Shown here: positions 1 to 13,843 of the stretch, one piece after another
Layout of the letters: each line of letters opens with the position of its first letter
How positions within the stretch are numbered: position 1 is the stretch's first letter
From: the human T2T-CHM13v2.0 reference genome, Homo sapiens
Assembly: GCF_009914755.1 (NCBI RefSeq)
Contig: NC_060931.1
DNA: 64,000 nucleotides
Direction: 5' to 3' (one strand)
The notes under the pieces: generated by a model
Seen by the model: the letters and a program-made list of their open reading frames with translations, nothing else
What the model was told of the DNA's origin: nothing
Databases searched by the model: none
Translations under genes and position numbers: made by a program

Positions 1-209
1 AATCAGGGTCAGGTAATGAAGTGGGTTTGGGGTTAGTGTTGAATCTTGAGAGATCTTCTCCCTTTAACCCAGGATCTGTAACTACTTGGGGCAAGTTTTT
101 CTGATTGAGTCCACTTGGGGAAGCAAAATATTTTAAACTATTCTCAGGAGCCTTCTGTAGACAAAGCATGAAGACACAATTTGAGGGGCCAAATATACTT
201 CCAGGAAGG

Positions 210-405
210 ACACGTGGTATAACAGGGAACTTTGGAATGAGACTCATGGGGTACAAGTATCAGCCCCGTCACTCACTAGCTATGTCTTCTGTGGCAAGTT
301 ACTCTACCTCTCTTAGCATCCATGTCTCCATCTATACAATGATTTGATGCACCTTCCTCACCTGGTTGATCTGACGAGTAAGTGAGATCATGCATTTAAA
401 GCATC
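210..405 (+). mobile_element. MIR SINE fragment
   Basis: Degenerate MIR core (cactcactagctatg...ggcaagttact...catctatacaatga...gagatcatgcatttaaagca). Confidence 0.7.
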
Positions 406-859
406 TGATTCCCCTAGACGTTAATTCAGTCTTGGTTTACCGTCCTTTCCCATCATATTCCTCTTGGTAGCTGCGAACGTGTTTACACTAATTAGGTAGT
501 TCACCAATAGATACTGTGTTGCACAAACCTACACAGCACAGACACACACACTCACATACCCAGATGTCAGCCTTTCAGCTCAAAAGACATATTTCAGGAA
601 TGCTGACCTCCATCTCAGCTCTCAGGTTCAGTTTCTGCTCTCTTCCCTCTGCCGTCTCCTCATTCCTGCACCAGACTTCCAGGGTCACCTCAGGGCCACT
701 CGTGCTCTGCAGTGTCATCCCAGCCACCCTTCCACTACATCTCAGCCTCTCTAACCTCCCCACTGGAAACTAACCAGGGTGTTTGTCTCAGTCTGATCTG
801 ATTCCATCCATCTGAGAATTGCCCCTGTGCAGTATGGGAAAGAAAAGCAGGCCTCCAGG

Positions 860-1200
860 TTAACTCAGTTAAATAAACATTTACTAAATGCCTTTTTATT
901 TTTCCGGTTGGAAAGTGAATCCTACTCTGTGCCAAGTACTTTATTAGGTACTGCAGATATAGAGGTTGAGTCGTTTCTGTCCTTGATGAGCCAGGGAAGA
1001 CAGTCATGTCAATAAATAAGCACAAGCCTCTGTAATAAATGCAACCATGGCTATGCATCGGAGACACAGAAGTCACACATGAGATAGTCGGGTTTCTTCT
1101 GCTTGGAAGGAAGTGAGTGGATGGAAGAAATGTAAAGATAAGATGACAAGTCTGAAAAAAGGGTTTGAAGGATGAACAAAAGAGGAAAGCACACTGCAGA
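860..1200 (-). mobile_element. L2 LINE 3' fragment
   Basis: aaataaacatttactaaatgcc...tactctgtgccaagtact...gatatagagg...tgtcctt resembles the antisense L2 3' end. Confidence 0.6.
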
Positions 1201-1634
1201 CAAAGGAAGCAACAAAAAATGGACCTAAAATATCCCAATAAGTCAGAAAAATCTAACTACTGGATCAGAAGACACAAGGAGAGAAGGAGAGTCAAACTAG
1301 AAAATTTACAGATAGGCAAATCATGGAGAGGGGGGCGGGTTCCCAAGCTACGTGCAGGGGGAAGTGACCTTCCTTGCCCCATCAAGAAGAGACTTTGAAT
1401 GTTATCATGAGAAGGAATGATGCCGTGTGACTTCTGTTGCAGAAGCTCATAGAAGCTGGAGGTGGGGGTGGTATGTTGGGATCAAGCCCTGAGGGAGGCG
1501 GGCAGGGAAAATAGGAAGCACACCTCACCAAGCTCACAGGAACCCGCAGGACCCGTGTAGGTGCCAAAGTGGGGCTGAGGATCAACTGGCCCGTTCATTT
1601 AGCTCTTCAGGAGCCCTAGCCAATCACTGGCTAG

Positions 1635-1984
<350 letters not shown>

Positions 1985-2597
1985 AGAATTGGCAGTTTTC
2001 AATCAGCAGGCAGAATATTTCCAGAAGTTCCTTTTCACTAGCACCCGGGTCTGGTGCCAACCTTCCCCCAGGCTAATCTCTTGCCATCAGGCCAATGTGG
2101 CCCATATTCTGGCAGAGGGAGAGGACAGGGTTGAGGAGAGAAGATATTTCTTTCCCAGAGTCCTTGAGTGACTACTTCTGCATGGTTTACCTTTCCTAGT
2201 GCTCCAGCACCTCCTCCAGTTCTGACCCTGATAAAGTGGGATGTTACACAGCAGGACTCGCCCCATTGGAGGAGGAAATACTGATGAGGAGGGTGTATCA
2301 ACCCAGATGGATTGCTTCCCAGAGGACGCCTGCACGCAGATGCTCCCACACCCACTCAGATATTCCCGCTGGTTGTGCGGCCCCGCACAGCCCAGATGCG
2401 AGGTGCGGGAGGAGGGGCTTTAGTACTTCATTTTCCTGAGACATTCCCTGGGAAAGCTCTTCCTTCTTCCAATCTTTTCTGCCATTCATTTGTTCTCTTC
2501 TTGTGGTGGTACCAGCTGAATTATGGTAAATAACTCATTTTAGGCTATTTTTGAGGGCTTCAGTCATTATTGGACACCACCTGGACATCAATGTCCA

Positions 2598-2930
2598 GTC
2601 ATTGTATGGGTCACTTTGGTTAGAATACAGTGCCCAGTTGTTGGACAAGTCTAGGTGTTGCCGTGAAGATTTTTTTTTAGAAGTAAGTGATATTAAAATC
2701 TGTAGACTCTGAGTAAAGCACAATGTGGGTGGGCCTCATCCAATTAGTTGTAGGTCTTAAGAGCGAAGACTGAGGTTTCCTGAAGAAGAAATTTGACCTC
2801 AGGACTGCAGCATAGAAACTTTGGCTGCGTTTCCAGCATACCTGGCCTACCCTTTGGATTTCAGACTAGCCAGATTCTACAATCACATAGGCCAATTCCT
2901 TTAAATCTTTCTCTCTCTCTCTCTCTCCTC

Positions 2931-2983
<53 letters not shown>

Positions 2984-3014
2984 CTGGTCTGCTTCTCTGA
3001 AGAACCCTAATACA
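2598..3014 (+). mobile_element. MLT2 (MLT2D-like, ERVL) solo LTR
   Basis: aatgtgggtgggcctcatccaat...actgaggtttcc...cctcaggactgcagcat...ttctctgaagaaccctaataca terminus. Confidence 0.88.
2908..2982. repeat. (CT)n-(TG)~23 compound microsatellite within MLT2
   Basis: Directly visible. Confidence 0.97.
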
Positions 3015-3696
3015 CCAAGACACTTAGAGCTCTTTATTGCCACAATGTGTGTTTGGTCTGCTTTACATTTAACCGTTAATGTTAGGAAAATCAATAATGG
3101 TAAACTGTAACCCAAGGGGGACCTCGGGGATTTCTTGACAGTTGTCCTTGGATCTAATTCTTCAAAAGATAGCACTGACTGACGAATTAGGTGAATGAAA
3201 AAAGTGATTCATCTGTACATTAAGGCGGGATTGGAAGGTGGTGCTATCATTTTAGGGGAAAATGTCAGGCTGTGAGCTTAGAATTTCCATTCCTAACGGA
3301 AAGCCATTCCATAAGGTTGTTCCAATGAAAGAAAAATAGTAAGCATTCTTTCAATGTCTATTTTCTTTTGTTCCCTGGATCAGGGTTAAAGGTTTTCCCC
3401 TAAAGGGCACATACATATTTATGAGCTAAATGGACTTATGGTGCCTAGGTTGTTACCTCTCAAATGGATAGAGACTGAGCACCTCCTTGCCGTCACCTAA
3501 TACCTCCTTTCCAATCACCTGGGTAACATCTGCGGCCCATGATTGAGGTGGTGGCATTGGGCAGGGATCTCTAATCTTTGATTATGGCTTTGGGAGGCCA
3601 ATGTCATTGCTGAGCATATTGCACAGTCAACTTGTAGAGGGGATGGTGAGAAGACCAGGGTGGTGAGGTGGTGGTAATTGGGATTCCTAACTCACA

Positions 3697-3880
3697 AAGC
3701 AGTTTCACATTCAGTGTTTTTCTGATGCTCCTATTTATCTCATAGGCAGAGAACAGCCACTATGGCTCCCATTAAGCAGATAAAGAGGCTGACGTGCAGA
3801 GAATCAGGTGATTTGCCCAAGTTCTCAGAAGCAGTAAGCAGTTATCCTGTCATCAGAATCCAGGCTTTTGCATCTGAATC
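3697..3880 (-). mobile_element. MIR fragment
   Basis: cccattaagcagataaagaggctga...gtgatttgcccaagttctcag...agtaag. Confidence 0.65.
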
Positions 3881-4016
3881 CTCATACATTGCCATTTATA
3901 TTCCTGCTACCTGGAATGCAGTGACACTACATACCCATACATACATACTACATTACATGCCTTCATCTCTTTTTGAAGGTATTACTAAAACACTGGCCAT
4001 TAAAAATGCTTCTTTC

Positions 4017-4369
<353 letters not shown>

Positions 4370-4414
4370 CTACCCCTCCCTCACCACCAAAACTTGATTC
4401 AGATGTTTTCAGAA

Positions 4415-4540
4415 GGCATTTGTTCCACAGCTCTTTACTGAGCACCTAGTATGAGGAAGGCACCGTATGGTGTGATGCCGAGTAACACACAGCCCCTGCC
4501 CTGGAAGAGCTGAATCTCACAGGGGAGCTGAGATGTGTGT
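4415..4540 (-). mobile_element. L2 3' fragment
   Basis: tttactgagcacctagtatg...aggcacc...cccctgccctggaagagct. Confidence 0.6.
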
Positions 4541-4749
4541 ATGGAATATTAGAATCACATATTTTATATCTGAATGGTCGTAAAGGTTAAAGCGGCTCTA
4601 GGGCCCCCCTCTTTCATCAGAAAAGGGGCCCCAGAGGTTGGCAACCTGCAAAAGCCACACAGAATTCTAGCAAAAGAGTCTCTTGGCTCCTCGTCCGAAG
4701 GTCGGTCCACTTCTCTGCACTGCTGTTGGTTAATACAAGTGAGAGTATA

Positions 4750-5246
4750 TGAAAGCCCCTGCACCAAGGAGCCCTGGGACACCACAGGATATTTTAAATT
4801 TCTAAGGGAAATACAGCAGGGATTTCTGAGGGATATTTGTCAGACTCCATGTGAACTAGTATTTCCAATTAGCTTCCCATTTCAACATGCACAAAATTCC
4901 TTTTGATGATGTCATATCAAGCTGTGTCTTAAAACTGTTTCGTGCCCAAGAGCAATTATCGAAAAAAATCAAGATGGAACAGGAAATAAAGGCGGTGTTG
5001 TCCCATCTCATTTCAAGGCTTGAGAAACTGTGAGGCCCCGGGGCACATATGTCCCATTAGTAAGTAATTGTGGTAATCTAACAAAAAAAAATTTCTTCTT
5101 TATATATGAATAAGTTTTTCATATGGCTGCCAAGTTGTTAGAACATAAAGACTTTAGTTGTTTGGACCTAACAACTTAAAAAGTAGACTAGGAATATCTT
5201 TTGGCCTAGAGTTGCCGAGACTATTTTAAAAGTTTAGGGACCTCTG
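4750..5246. mobile_element. hAT-Charlie DNA transposon (Charlie4a/MER80-like)
   Basis: ggatattttaaattt...gtcccattagtaagtaattgtgg...gttgtttggacctaa...ttttggcctag...aagtttagggacctctg terminus. Confidence 0.7.
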
Positions 5247-5258
5247 CAAATTGAAGCC

Positions 5259-5775
<517 letters not shown>

Positions 5776-5799
5776 TCATCAAACCATACAGAAGGCATC

Positions 5800-5995
5800 T
5801 ATCTGCTGGGGTCAGACTTCAGATCCTGCCCTGGACACTTAGTAGCTGTGGATGTTAGGTGACATTGTGAACTTTGAATTTCAGTTTCCTCATCTGTCAA
5901 GTGAGAATAACAGCTGCTTCTGTCACCTTGGGGTAGTCATAAATGTTAAATGAAATAATGCTTACAAAATAGAATGTCTGCTCCTGAGTAGAAGG
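5800..5995 (+). mobile_element. MIR
   Basis: cacttagtagctgtg...tttcagtttcctcatctgtcaagtgagaataa...ttaaatgaaataatg. Confidence 0.8.
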
Positions 5996-6108
5996 TGAAA
6001 AAACAACCGTTTCTTTTTCCTTTTGGGTCTGTGGCTCTAGGGCATGTTGTTTGTCTTCTTCTGTGCCTTTGATAGATTATAATTGCAGAAGTGGCGAAAT
6101 TGTATATA

Positions 6109-6416
6109 CGGTCATCCCTCCGTATCTGTGGGAGATCGGTTTCAGGACCTCCTCCTCATACCCAAATCCAAGGATGCTCAAGTCTCTTATATAAAGCGGC
6201 ATAGTATTTGCATATAACCTATGCACATCCTCCCATATATGTTACATCATCTCTAGAATACTTATAATACCTAATACAATGCCTACACATTCACGTGGAT
6301 TCAACAGTGCATTGCTGTGTGCAAATTTTTTTGTGGATTTTTTTTCCCCAAATATTCTCAATCCATAGTTGAGTGAACACAAGGCTGTAGTACCCACAAA
6401 TACAAAGGGCTGATTG
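6109..6416. mobile_element. MER2/MER2B (TcMar-Tigger)
   Basis: gtcatccctccgtatctgtggg...aaatccaaggatgctcaagtc...tatttgcatataacctatgcacatcctccc...cacaaatacaaagggctgattg. Confidence 0.88.
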
Positions 6417-6659
6417 ATTGTAGAGTCAGTGGGGAGATGAACGCCCATGAGAACAGCCAAGCACATGCAAACACGCACTCTCGTTCCACGTCTTGTACCA
6501 GCAGGTACTCCCTGGAAATGTGGGCAGGCTTGCCTTAGGGATTTCTTTGTCCCTACAATGAGGCCTGTAGACAGAGAAAAACTGGCTGTGGGCTTGATTT
6601 TTAAGTTTTCCAAGGGCAGCCCGAATAATCCTGCCTAATAGACAAGGACACATTCTTCC

Positions 6660-6780
6660 CTAAGACTGTGAGTTCCCCAAACTGGAGACCCAGGCTCACT
6701 CCTACTGGATCCACCCCACACCTAAGGCAGTGCCTGGAGACTGGAAGGGCTCAATATATGTTTGCTGACTTGAGTGGAAC
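6660..6780 (+). mobile_element. L2 3' end
   Basis: cagtgcctggagactggaagggctcaatatatgtttgctga. Confidence 0.6.
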
Positions 6781-7231
6781 GTACCAAGCCAGCCTCCATT
6801 CTTCTCTATCCTGGGAAACCTTGGTCCAACCGTGTGGCTTTTTTCCCTACACACCACCGCCACCTGCAGGAAAAATTGTCACATTGCAGTTGCTTGCTAA
6901 TGCTAGAGCCTTTAACACTTGGGAAACACTGATTTGGAATCTGCGTGTTCAATGTGTTGTGATCCTTCATGCAAGGTTGAGGTTTATTTGTGCCTGGCAA
7001 AATGTTTTTTTCTCACAGATGAAAATGTTATAGAGTTAATGCTATGGGTGCACAAAAAAGGAGACATGATATTCCAAATTATGAGAATCCCTTGTGTGGG
7101 GGGAGGCTCAGTGTAAAATTAGGTGGGGAGGCCGAATCAAGTTTCCTTCAGGCATCTGCAAAGTAGCCACTTAATGCAGTTGATGTTCTAATTACAAACT
7201 AGTTGTTCATTATAACAACTCTTCTAATTCT

Positions 7232-7567
7232 TTTTTTCCCCCTTTAAAAAAAACAAAACAAAACAGAGTCTCGCTCTGTCACCCAGGCTGGAGTGCAGTG
7301 GTGTGATCATGGCTCACTGCAGCCTTGACTCCTGGGCTCAGGTGATTCTCCTGCCTCAGTGTCCCAAATAGCTGGGACTACAGGCATGCACCACCACACC
7401 AGGCTAATTTTATTTTATTACTTTTTTATTTTTATTTTTATTTTTTTTTGTAGAGACGGTATCTCACTTTGTTGAGCAAGCTGACCTTGAACTCCTGGCC
7501 TCAAACAATCCTCTCACCTCAGCCTCCCAAAGTGCTTGCATTACAGGTGTGAGCCACCATACCCCAC
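7232..7567 (-). mobile_element. AluJ
   Basis: J-type 'gatcatggctcactgcagccttgactcctgggctc'; perfect 16-bp TSD caactcttctaattct (7216-7231, 7568-7583). Confidence 0.93.
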
Positions 7568-7775
7568 CAACTCTTCTAATTCTAACCATAGCTATAGAAA
7601 AAAATATATAGATAAATGAATACCACCACCATTAACCTAGTTTGGTCTCTTTGCTTCATATACAATAAAACTGTTTCTTTTGAAGCCCAGAATCAAAAAT
7701 GTAGCTTTTCAGTAGTTCAGACTGACATGCCAACATAAGTCTGAATTCACTCTCAAATATAAAACATTGCCTCTA

Positions 7776-8108
<333 letters not shown>

Positions 8109-8511
8109 GTCCATTTCTTCTGCAATAACCATTCAAAAACACTCTAGTTTTGATCATCATAAATAAGGAGAGGTAAGAACCAGAGATTTAAGCCCTGTTT
8201 GCCTGAAAGGACTGTTATATAGGTTAAATAACAGCATAGAAAACCTGAAAAACCCTAGTAGATGCCCATAGGGATTTGTCTCCTTCCCCTTTGGGCTGGA
8301 GTTCCTTTACCTATCCCTGCCCACCTTTCCGCTGCTGTCACCCAGTCCTCTCCTGTGCCCCAGTGCTGGCATCAGCTTTAGACGATGCTCAGTGTACGCC
8401 TCCCTCCAGCCACGCAGCCTAGCAGGCCAGTGCGAGACCCAGGAAGAGTCGAGGGTGAGGTGAGAAGGGCTAAAGAGAGGATACATGAGCCCAATCTCAA
8501 TGGAATCAGGG

Positions 8512-8864
8512 TGTATCAGTCTGTTCTCACGCTGCTAATAAAGATATACCTGAGACTGGGTAATTACAAAGGAAAGAGGTTTAATGGACTCACAGTTCCG
8601 CATGGGTGGGGAGGCCTCACAATCATGGCGGTAGGTGAATGAGGAGCAAGTCACATCTTCACGGTGGCAGGCAAGAGCGCTTGCGCAGGGGAACTACCAT
8701 TTATAAAACCATTAGATCTCCCGAGACTTATTCACTACCATAAGAACAGTATAAGGGAAACTGCCCCCAGGATTCAGTTATCGCCACCTGGCCCTGCTCT
8801 TGACAGGTGGGGATTATTGCAATTCAAGGTGAGATTTGGGTGAAGACACTGCCAAGCCATATCA
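8512..8864 (-). mobile_element. THE1 (MaLR) solo LTR
   Basis: tgtatcagtctgttctcacgctgctaataaag...ccatatca termini; 5-bp TSD caggg/caggt. Confidence 0.93.
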
Positions 8865-9468
8865 CAGGTGCTGCTTGAAAAGCAACCCAGCTAGGAGAGG
8901 CATTTCTGCAAGGCCATCCCAGGGGGCATAATTCCCATAGCACCAAGCCGCCATGGGCCAGGAGGGCAGCAAGCCCAGGGGCTTCTTGGAGATGGTGGCC
9001 AGCTGGTGAGGAAAAAATAAGACTTGGGACTCAGGAAGACCTGGGTTGGAACAGAAGCATCCCCAGGTGCCACCTGTGTCACCTGAAGCGGGGCACAGAG
9101 CACTCTCAGCCTGCATGTTCTCCCAGGTAGACCAGGATGGTAATGGCTGCCTCAGGATGTGGTGAGTATGTGATGAACTAGCACAGGAAAGCCTGTGCCA
9201 TGGAGACCTTCTCACAGGAAATGCTCAGGACGGGTTTGTTCTCCTTGGAGAATACCAGTTCCCCTCCTGACTTCATTCCCCTTCCCCCACACCCCTGCCC
9301 CCCACATATACATATGCATGTACCTCATCCTACACCCCTATAAATGCCCCCACCTGCCTGTTTCCATCCTCAAATCCTTGACTTCCTTCTGCTCATGCTG
9401 TCTGATTACCTATTGAGTTCTTCTTGCAGAACTCTGGAAGATTTCCTGTTCACTAAAACGTCAGTGAT

Positions 9469-9479
9469 TGACGTCAGCA
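9469..9479. promoter_or_regulatory. Full CRE palindrome TGACGTCA (with GCA flank)
   Basis: Perfect TGACGTCA at 9469-9476 in non-repeat DNA; function is inferred only. Confidence 0.4.
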
Positions 9480-9489
9480 GTAACTTTTA

Positions 9490-9491
<2 letters not shown>

Positions 9492-9526
<35 letters not shown>
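9492..9526. repeat. (CA)~17 microsatellite
   Basis: Directly visible. Confidence 0.97.
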
Positions 9527-9527
<1 letters not shown>

Positions 9528-9740
9528 AGCTCTTCTGGAGCAAATTTTAGTGATGATCTCATCTTTATATGAGTGGAATAAAGCCTCACTCAGGCATCAG
9601 CCAGTTCAAGGAAAATTTATAGAAAGGGTAGGGTGCAAGAGAGCCTTCATGGGGTCCCTAGAAATCTACGCCATGGGTGAGAGGGAATGCCCTTGTTTTA
9701 TAAAGGCTCCTGGAAGCATCGTGATCTTGATGGGAATGTA

Positions 9741-9915
9741 AATAATCATTCATTGAGCACTGACCATGTGTCGGGCACTATGTTATGAGCTTTAGTGCAT
9801 TTTCTAATGTAATCATTCCGGCTGCTAGGATATGCACTTAATCCAAAGAAAGTGGTTACTTGAAGGATTGGATCATTTGTCCAAGGTCACACAGCTAGCA
9901 AGCCATGGAGCTACA
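9741..9915 (-). mobile_element. MIR
   Basis: cattgagcactgaccatgtgtcgggcacta...tttgtccaaggtcacacagctag. Confidence 0.8.
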
Positions 9916-10699
9916 GAATAAGTTCAATAATGGAGGTGTGCTCAGAAGCCCAGTGCACGAGTGGAGGTCCTCCTTATGGTCACGTAGAAGCACACTCTCA
10001 GTGCAGGAAAGGGAACCAGTTTGGTGAACACTCAGTCAGTGTTGCCCTCTCCCCCAACTAAACAAAAATGTAAAACCCTAGAATTAGTGTCCTCACCCAA
10101 GGAGAACCAATTAGGCACCCAAAATGGTGGTCTCAAACAGCAGTCTGCAAATGGGATTTGCCCACCATGTGGATCATGAACTTTCAGAGGGCACATTGAC
10201 GTAGAACACTTTAAATAATTTAGTTTCCTAATTTTTGACTTTACTTTCTCTCTCTTTCCCAAAACCGATCTGCCTGAGAACTGGCCTACACGTTCATGCA
10301 GGCTGTCATTTCCTATCTTACCTTTTCCCACTCTACAAAAGGAAGGCATGCCATGAAATACTGGCTGTGTAAGCCTCTCTAGCACTTGTCTCCCCATGTC
10401 TTGCACCTTTTGCTCTGAAGGGCTAGAATGTGGCATTTCCACTCTCTTTGAGCTGCCCTCATGGGATTCCTTTGGATGGCAATGGGCTCTTTGCTGCTAT
10501 TTAGGGAATTCTGCAAACAAAGTCACCCACTATCCCACCCTCCAACATGACACAAGAAAAATAACAATATTGGCAAAGGTGTGTTATAACTAATGTTTCT
10601 TTTTTTCCAGGCAGTGAATGACTAACATACATATGTTATGTATACACATGCAGACAGGCACATATAGATATCTAATTTATAATCATTTGATGAGTCTAA

Positions 10700-11440
10700 G
10701 TAAGACTTTTAGTGCACTTTAAAAAATTGAGAAAGTGCATGATTCAAATGCCTGGGTTATAAATCCTTCTCCAACTCAAGTAGTTTCCAATTCTTCACTT
10801 ATAACAAAATTGAAATAAGATCTATTTAAGCTGTCAGAATGCTAGATTACCATGTGCTTATTTTTGACACATTACCCAAAGAGAGTTCAAAGATTTAAGG
10901 AACATTACTATAATAAAACTTCTTCTATTTCCATATCCTTATTTATGTGAACTAGTTTTCTCAATGCTAAAAATGAAACATCATATCATTCTAGCAATAA
11001 ATAATATATGGCAATGGATTCATGTACTAATTGAGGAAAAATGCCTCACTATCTCATCAAGGATTGCATTTTCAGGCCAGGCACGGTGGCTTACATCTGT
11101 AATCTCAGCACTTTGGGAGGCTGAGGAAGAAGGATCATTTTAAGTCAGGAGTTTGAGACCAGCCTGGGAAACGTAGCAAGACCCTGTCTCTACAAAAAAC
11201 TGAAAAATTAGCCAGGAGTGATGGTACACGCCTGTAGTCCCAGCTACTCAGGAGGCTGAAGTGGGAGGATCTCTTGAGTCTAGGAGTTTGAGGCTGCAGT
11301 GATCATGCCACTGCACTCCAGCCTGGCCAACAGACAAAGACCCTGTCTCAAAAAAAAAAAAATAGAATTGCATATTGTACATTTTATGTTTACTAATTTG
11401 TTTAACGATATTTATAATATAATGTTGTTTTGATCTTTTA
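10700..11440 (+). mobile_element. hAT-Charlie transposase fossil, interrupted by AluJ
   Basis: 10916-10963 translates KLLLFPYPYLCELVFS, resembling the hAT/Buster C-terminal 'LLPFPSTYLCExGFS' motif. Confidence 0.7.
11075..11362 (+). mobile_element. AluJ
   Basis: J-type 'gggaggatctcttgag...ggagtttgaggctgcagtga'; poly(A) tail. Confidence 0.92.
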
Positions 11441-12214
11441 GTCTCAGCTTTGTGGTGCTGTGACTTTTCACCTTTTTTATTTCTATTTTTCTTTATATTT
11501 TATCTTTCCTGAGTATTATTACTTATGAGAAATTTGGAAAGTCTACATAAGGTGATGGTAACTAGATTAACTGGTTTTAGCTGAATTTTACATCTTTCTA
11601 AAGTTTCATAATATATACCTTACCTTATCCAGCTTCAATCCTTTACCATATTTTAACTTCATATTTTTAATCTTTAACTGTTCCTATTCTAAAATAAATT
11701 TATCCACTCAATTATGTGCAGTATTATCAATTTTCTCATTCCTTTCCTTAACTAATATAATCTCTCAAATTGTTACATTATTTCACTTTTCTCTAAATTT
11801 CATTCTACTATGTTTTAACTGCTTTGTATCTTATTTTTCACTTTAATTTTCACATGTATTTTCAGTTATTTTTACCCATTTTCATCTTCTTTAGACTTCT
11901 AACAAGGTTCTGGTGACTGGGTTTTATTCCAGCCTATATTTTACCTGCCTGTAGCAAGAAAGTTTTGTCTTCCTTTTAGGCAGTTACAGACATATTCTCC
12001 CAGAATGTGGCTCATCATAGGGATCAGGAAGAAATGAGCTTACCTAGGGATGAAGACAAGCTTTGGTATGACTGGCATGAAAGGCATAAGGGGTGGAAAA
12101 TGGCTGTGGCTGCAGAAGATACTGGGGAGGGAGGCAGGGACCAGGTCCCATGTGCCCCAATTCTCTTCCTGCAGCCTCCCCAGAGTTAACAACTTCTGTT
12201 TTCACAGCTCAGGC

Positions 12215-12376
12215 ATAGCCCTCATCACATTGTTTGCTAGCTATTTGCTCCTAAAACTATCTGCCCACTGGATGAGAGCTCCGGAGACCTAAGACTGTGT
12301 TTTAGTCACTGCTGCATTCTTAGCACCTGAAACAGGAAAGGAATTTGACCAATATTATTGAACAAAGGAATGAATC
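12215..12376 (+). mobile_element. L2 3' end
   Basis: gagagctcc...gactgtgttttagtcactgctgcattcttagcacct...attgaacaaaggaatgaat. Confidence 0.65.
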
Positions 12377-12707
12377 AGTGGTATTCTAGATCAGGAATAA
12401 AGGCATGAAGAAAGAGAATGAGACTGGTACACATTTGTGGACAATGAGTACACGCATCCTGCACATTCCAGTAAGAAAACAATAAAGAACAAACGTCCCA
12501 TCGGACTTCCACTTGCTCATGAAGACCCTGAGTCCTGTGCTCTTCCGGCACTAACCAGTTTGTAACATAAACTCAGAAGCCAACACTTTCCTAAAGCCAT
12601 TTGCTGATGGCTGCCTAGACTATGCAGTTTCTGTTTCTTTTAATAACTACAAGTTTCTTATGAATTAGAGCCTTGGGACTACATTTTAACCGAATTCAAG
12701 CAGCACA

Positions 12708-12830
12708 AGCCAGCTGTGGTGGTGCACACCTGAAGTCCCAGCAACTTGGGAGGCTGAGGCGGGAGGATCCCTTGAACCCAGGTGTGTTCGAGGCCACCCT
12801 GGGCAGCACAAGGAGACCCTATCTCTAAAA
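12708..12830 (+). mobile_element. FLAM-type Alu monomer
   Basis: Single monomer; TSD aagcagcac (12698-12706, 12841-12849). Confidence 0.85.
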
Positions 12831-13224
12831 TTATTTTCTAAAGCAGCACTTGCCAATCTTCCTTCACTGAAACACCACACTGGTGTTACATTCTCCCCTA
12901 AGATCTTTGCGTTCCACATTCTCAAAGATTAATTCACGGAACCCACCTAGGCCACCAAAAGTCATGATAAATATAGTTGAGGGGGAGGACAGGTGGACCA
13001 GGAACATTTGGAAATTGTGTAGTGTGGTCCTTTTGAAGTTTCTAGTTCTATTTTGAACCTTCTTCTGAGCACCTGGCCAGCCAATCAAACTGCTCACTGT
13101 GTGTCTTATAAACTCTGCAAATGCAAAACTGTTTTCTATTCTGTCCCCAGTGTGGTCCCTCTTCACCTTCCCCACCCTACTCCAATGATCTCTCAGTAAT
13201 CAGTGCCTACATTCGCCCTCACTG

Positions 13225-13680
13225 GTGCCCAAACTCTCTTCAACTCTCTATCCAAATTCTGTTGATTCTACTTCCCAAGTTCATAACAAATCTACTATCT
13301 CTCTATTTCCAATGCCACCCCCTAGTCTGGCCTCAATTCCTCCCTATCTCTATAGTTTTTTTGTTGTTGTTGTTATTGACTTCTTAATTTTTTCTCCTAC
13401 CCTCTACCAATCCATCTCCATTTGGCAGCCACAGCAATCTTTGTGAAATATGACTTTTATCCTGCTGGGATCCTGCTAAGTCTTTGTAAAAACTATTTTC
13501 ATTACATTTAATATCAAGTCTAATCCATAACATGATGTAGCCCTTGCTTATCCTGAGAGTCTCATCTTATGCCAGCCTCCTAGTTGTTCACTCTGCAACC
13601 ATAACACGGGCCTTCTTCGGATCAAAAGTGTATGCTCTTTGCTCCCGCTCTTCCCCCTCCTTGGAATGTGCTTATCTGTC
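13225..13680 (+). mobile_element. L2 fragment
   Basis: ccaaattctgttgattctac...caatccatctcca...gcagccacagcaatcttt...cttggaatgtgctt. Confidence 0.65.
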
Positions 13681-13843
13681 CTTCAGATGCCTGAGGCTGC
13701 AGCCCTGCCACAAGTAAGACAGGAGAGTCAATAGGAGTATAAGAAAAAATGACAGTTTCCACTTCAGAGGACGCTAGAACCATGCTGTCAATGACTGAAG
13801 TCATAAAACCACATCAGCATTGAGAAGTTCGCTGGAGGATGCA

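Noticed and set aside
735-1238. 167-aa minus-strand ORF
   Set aside because: Overlaps an L2 remnant; no recognisable features.
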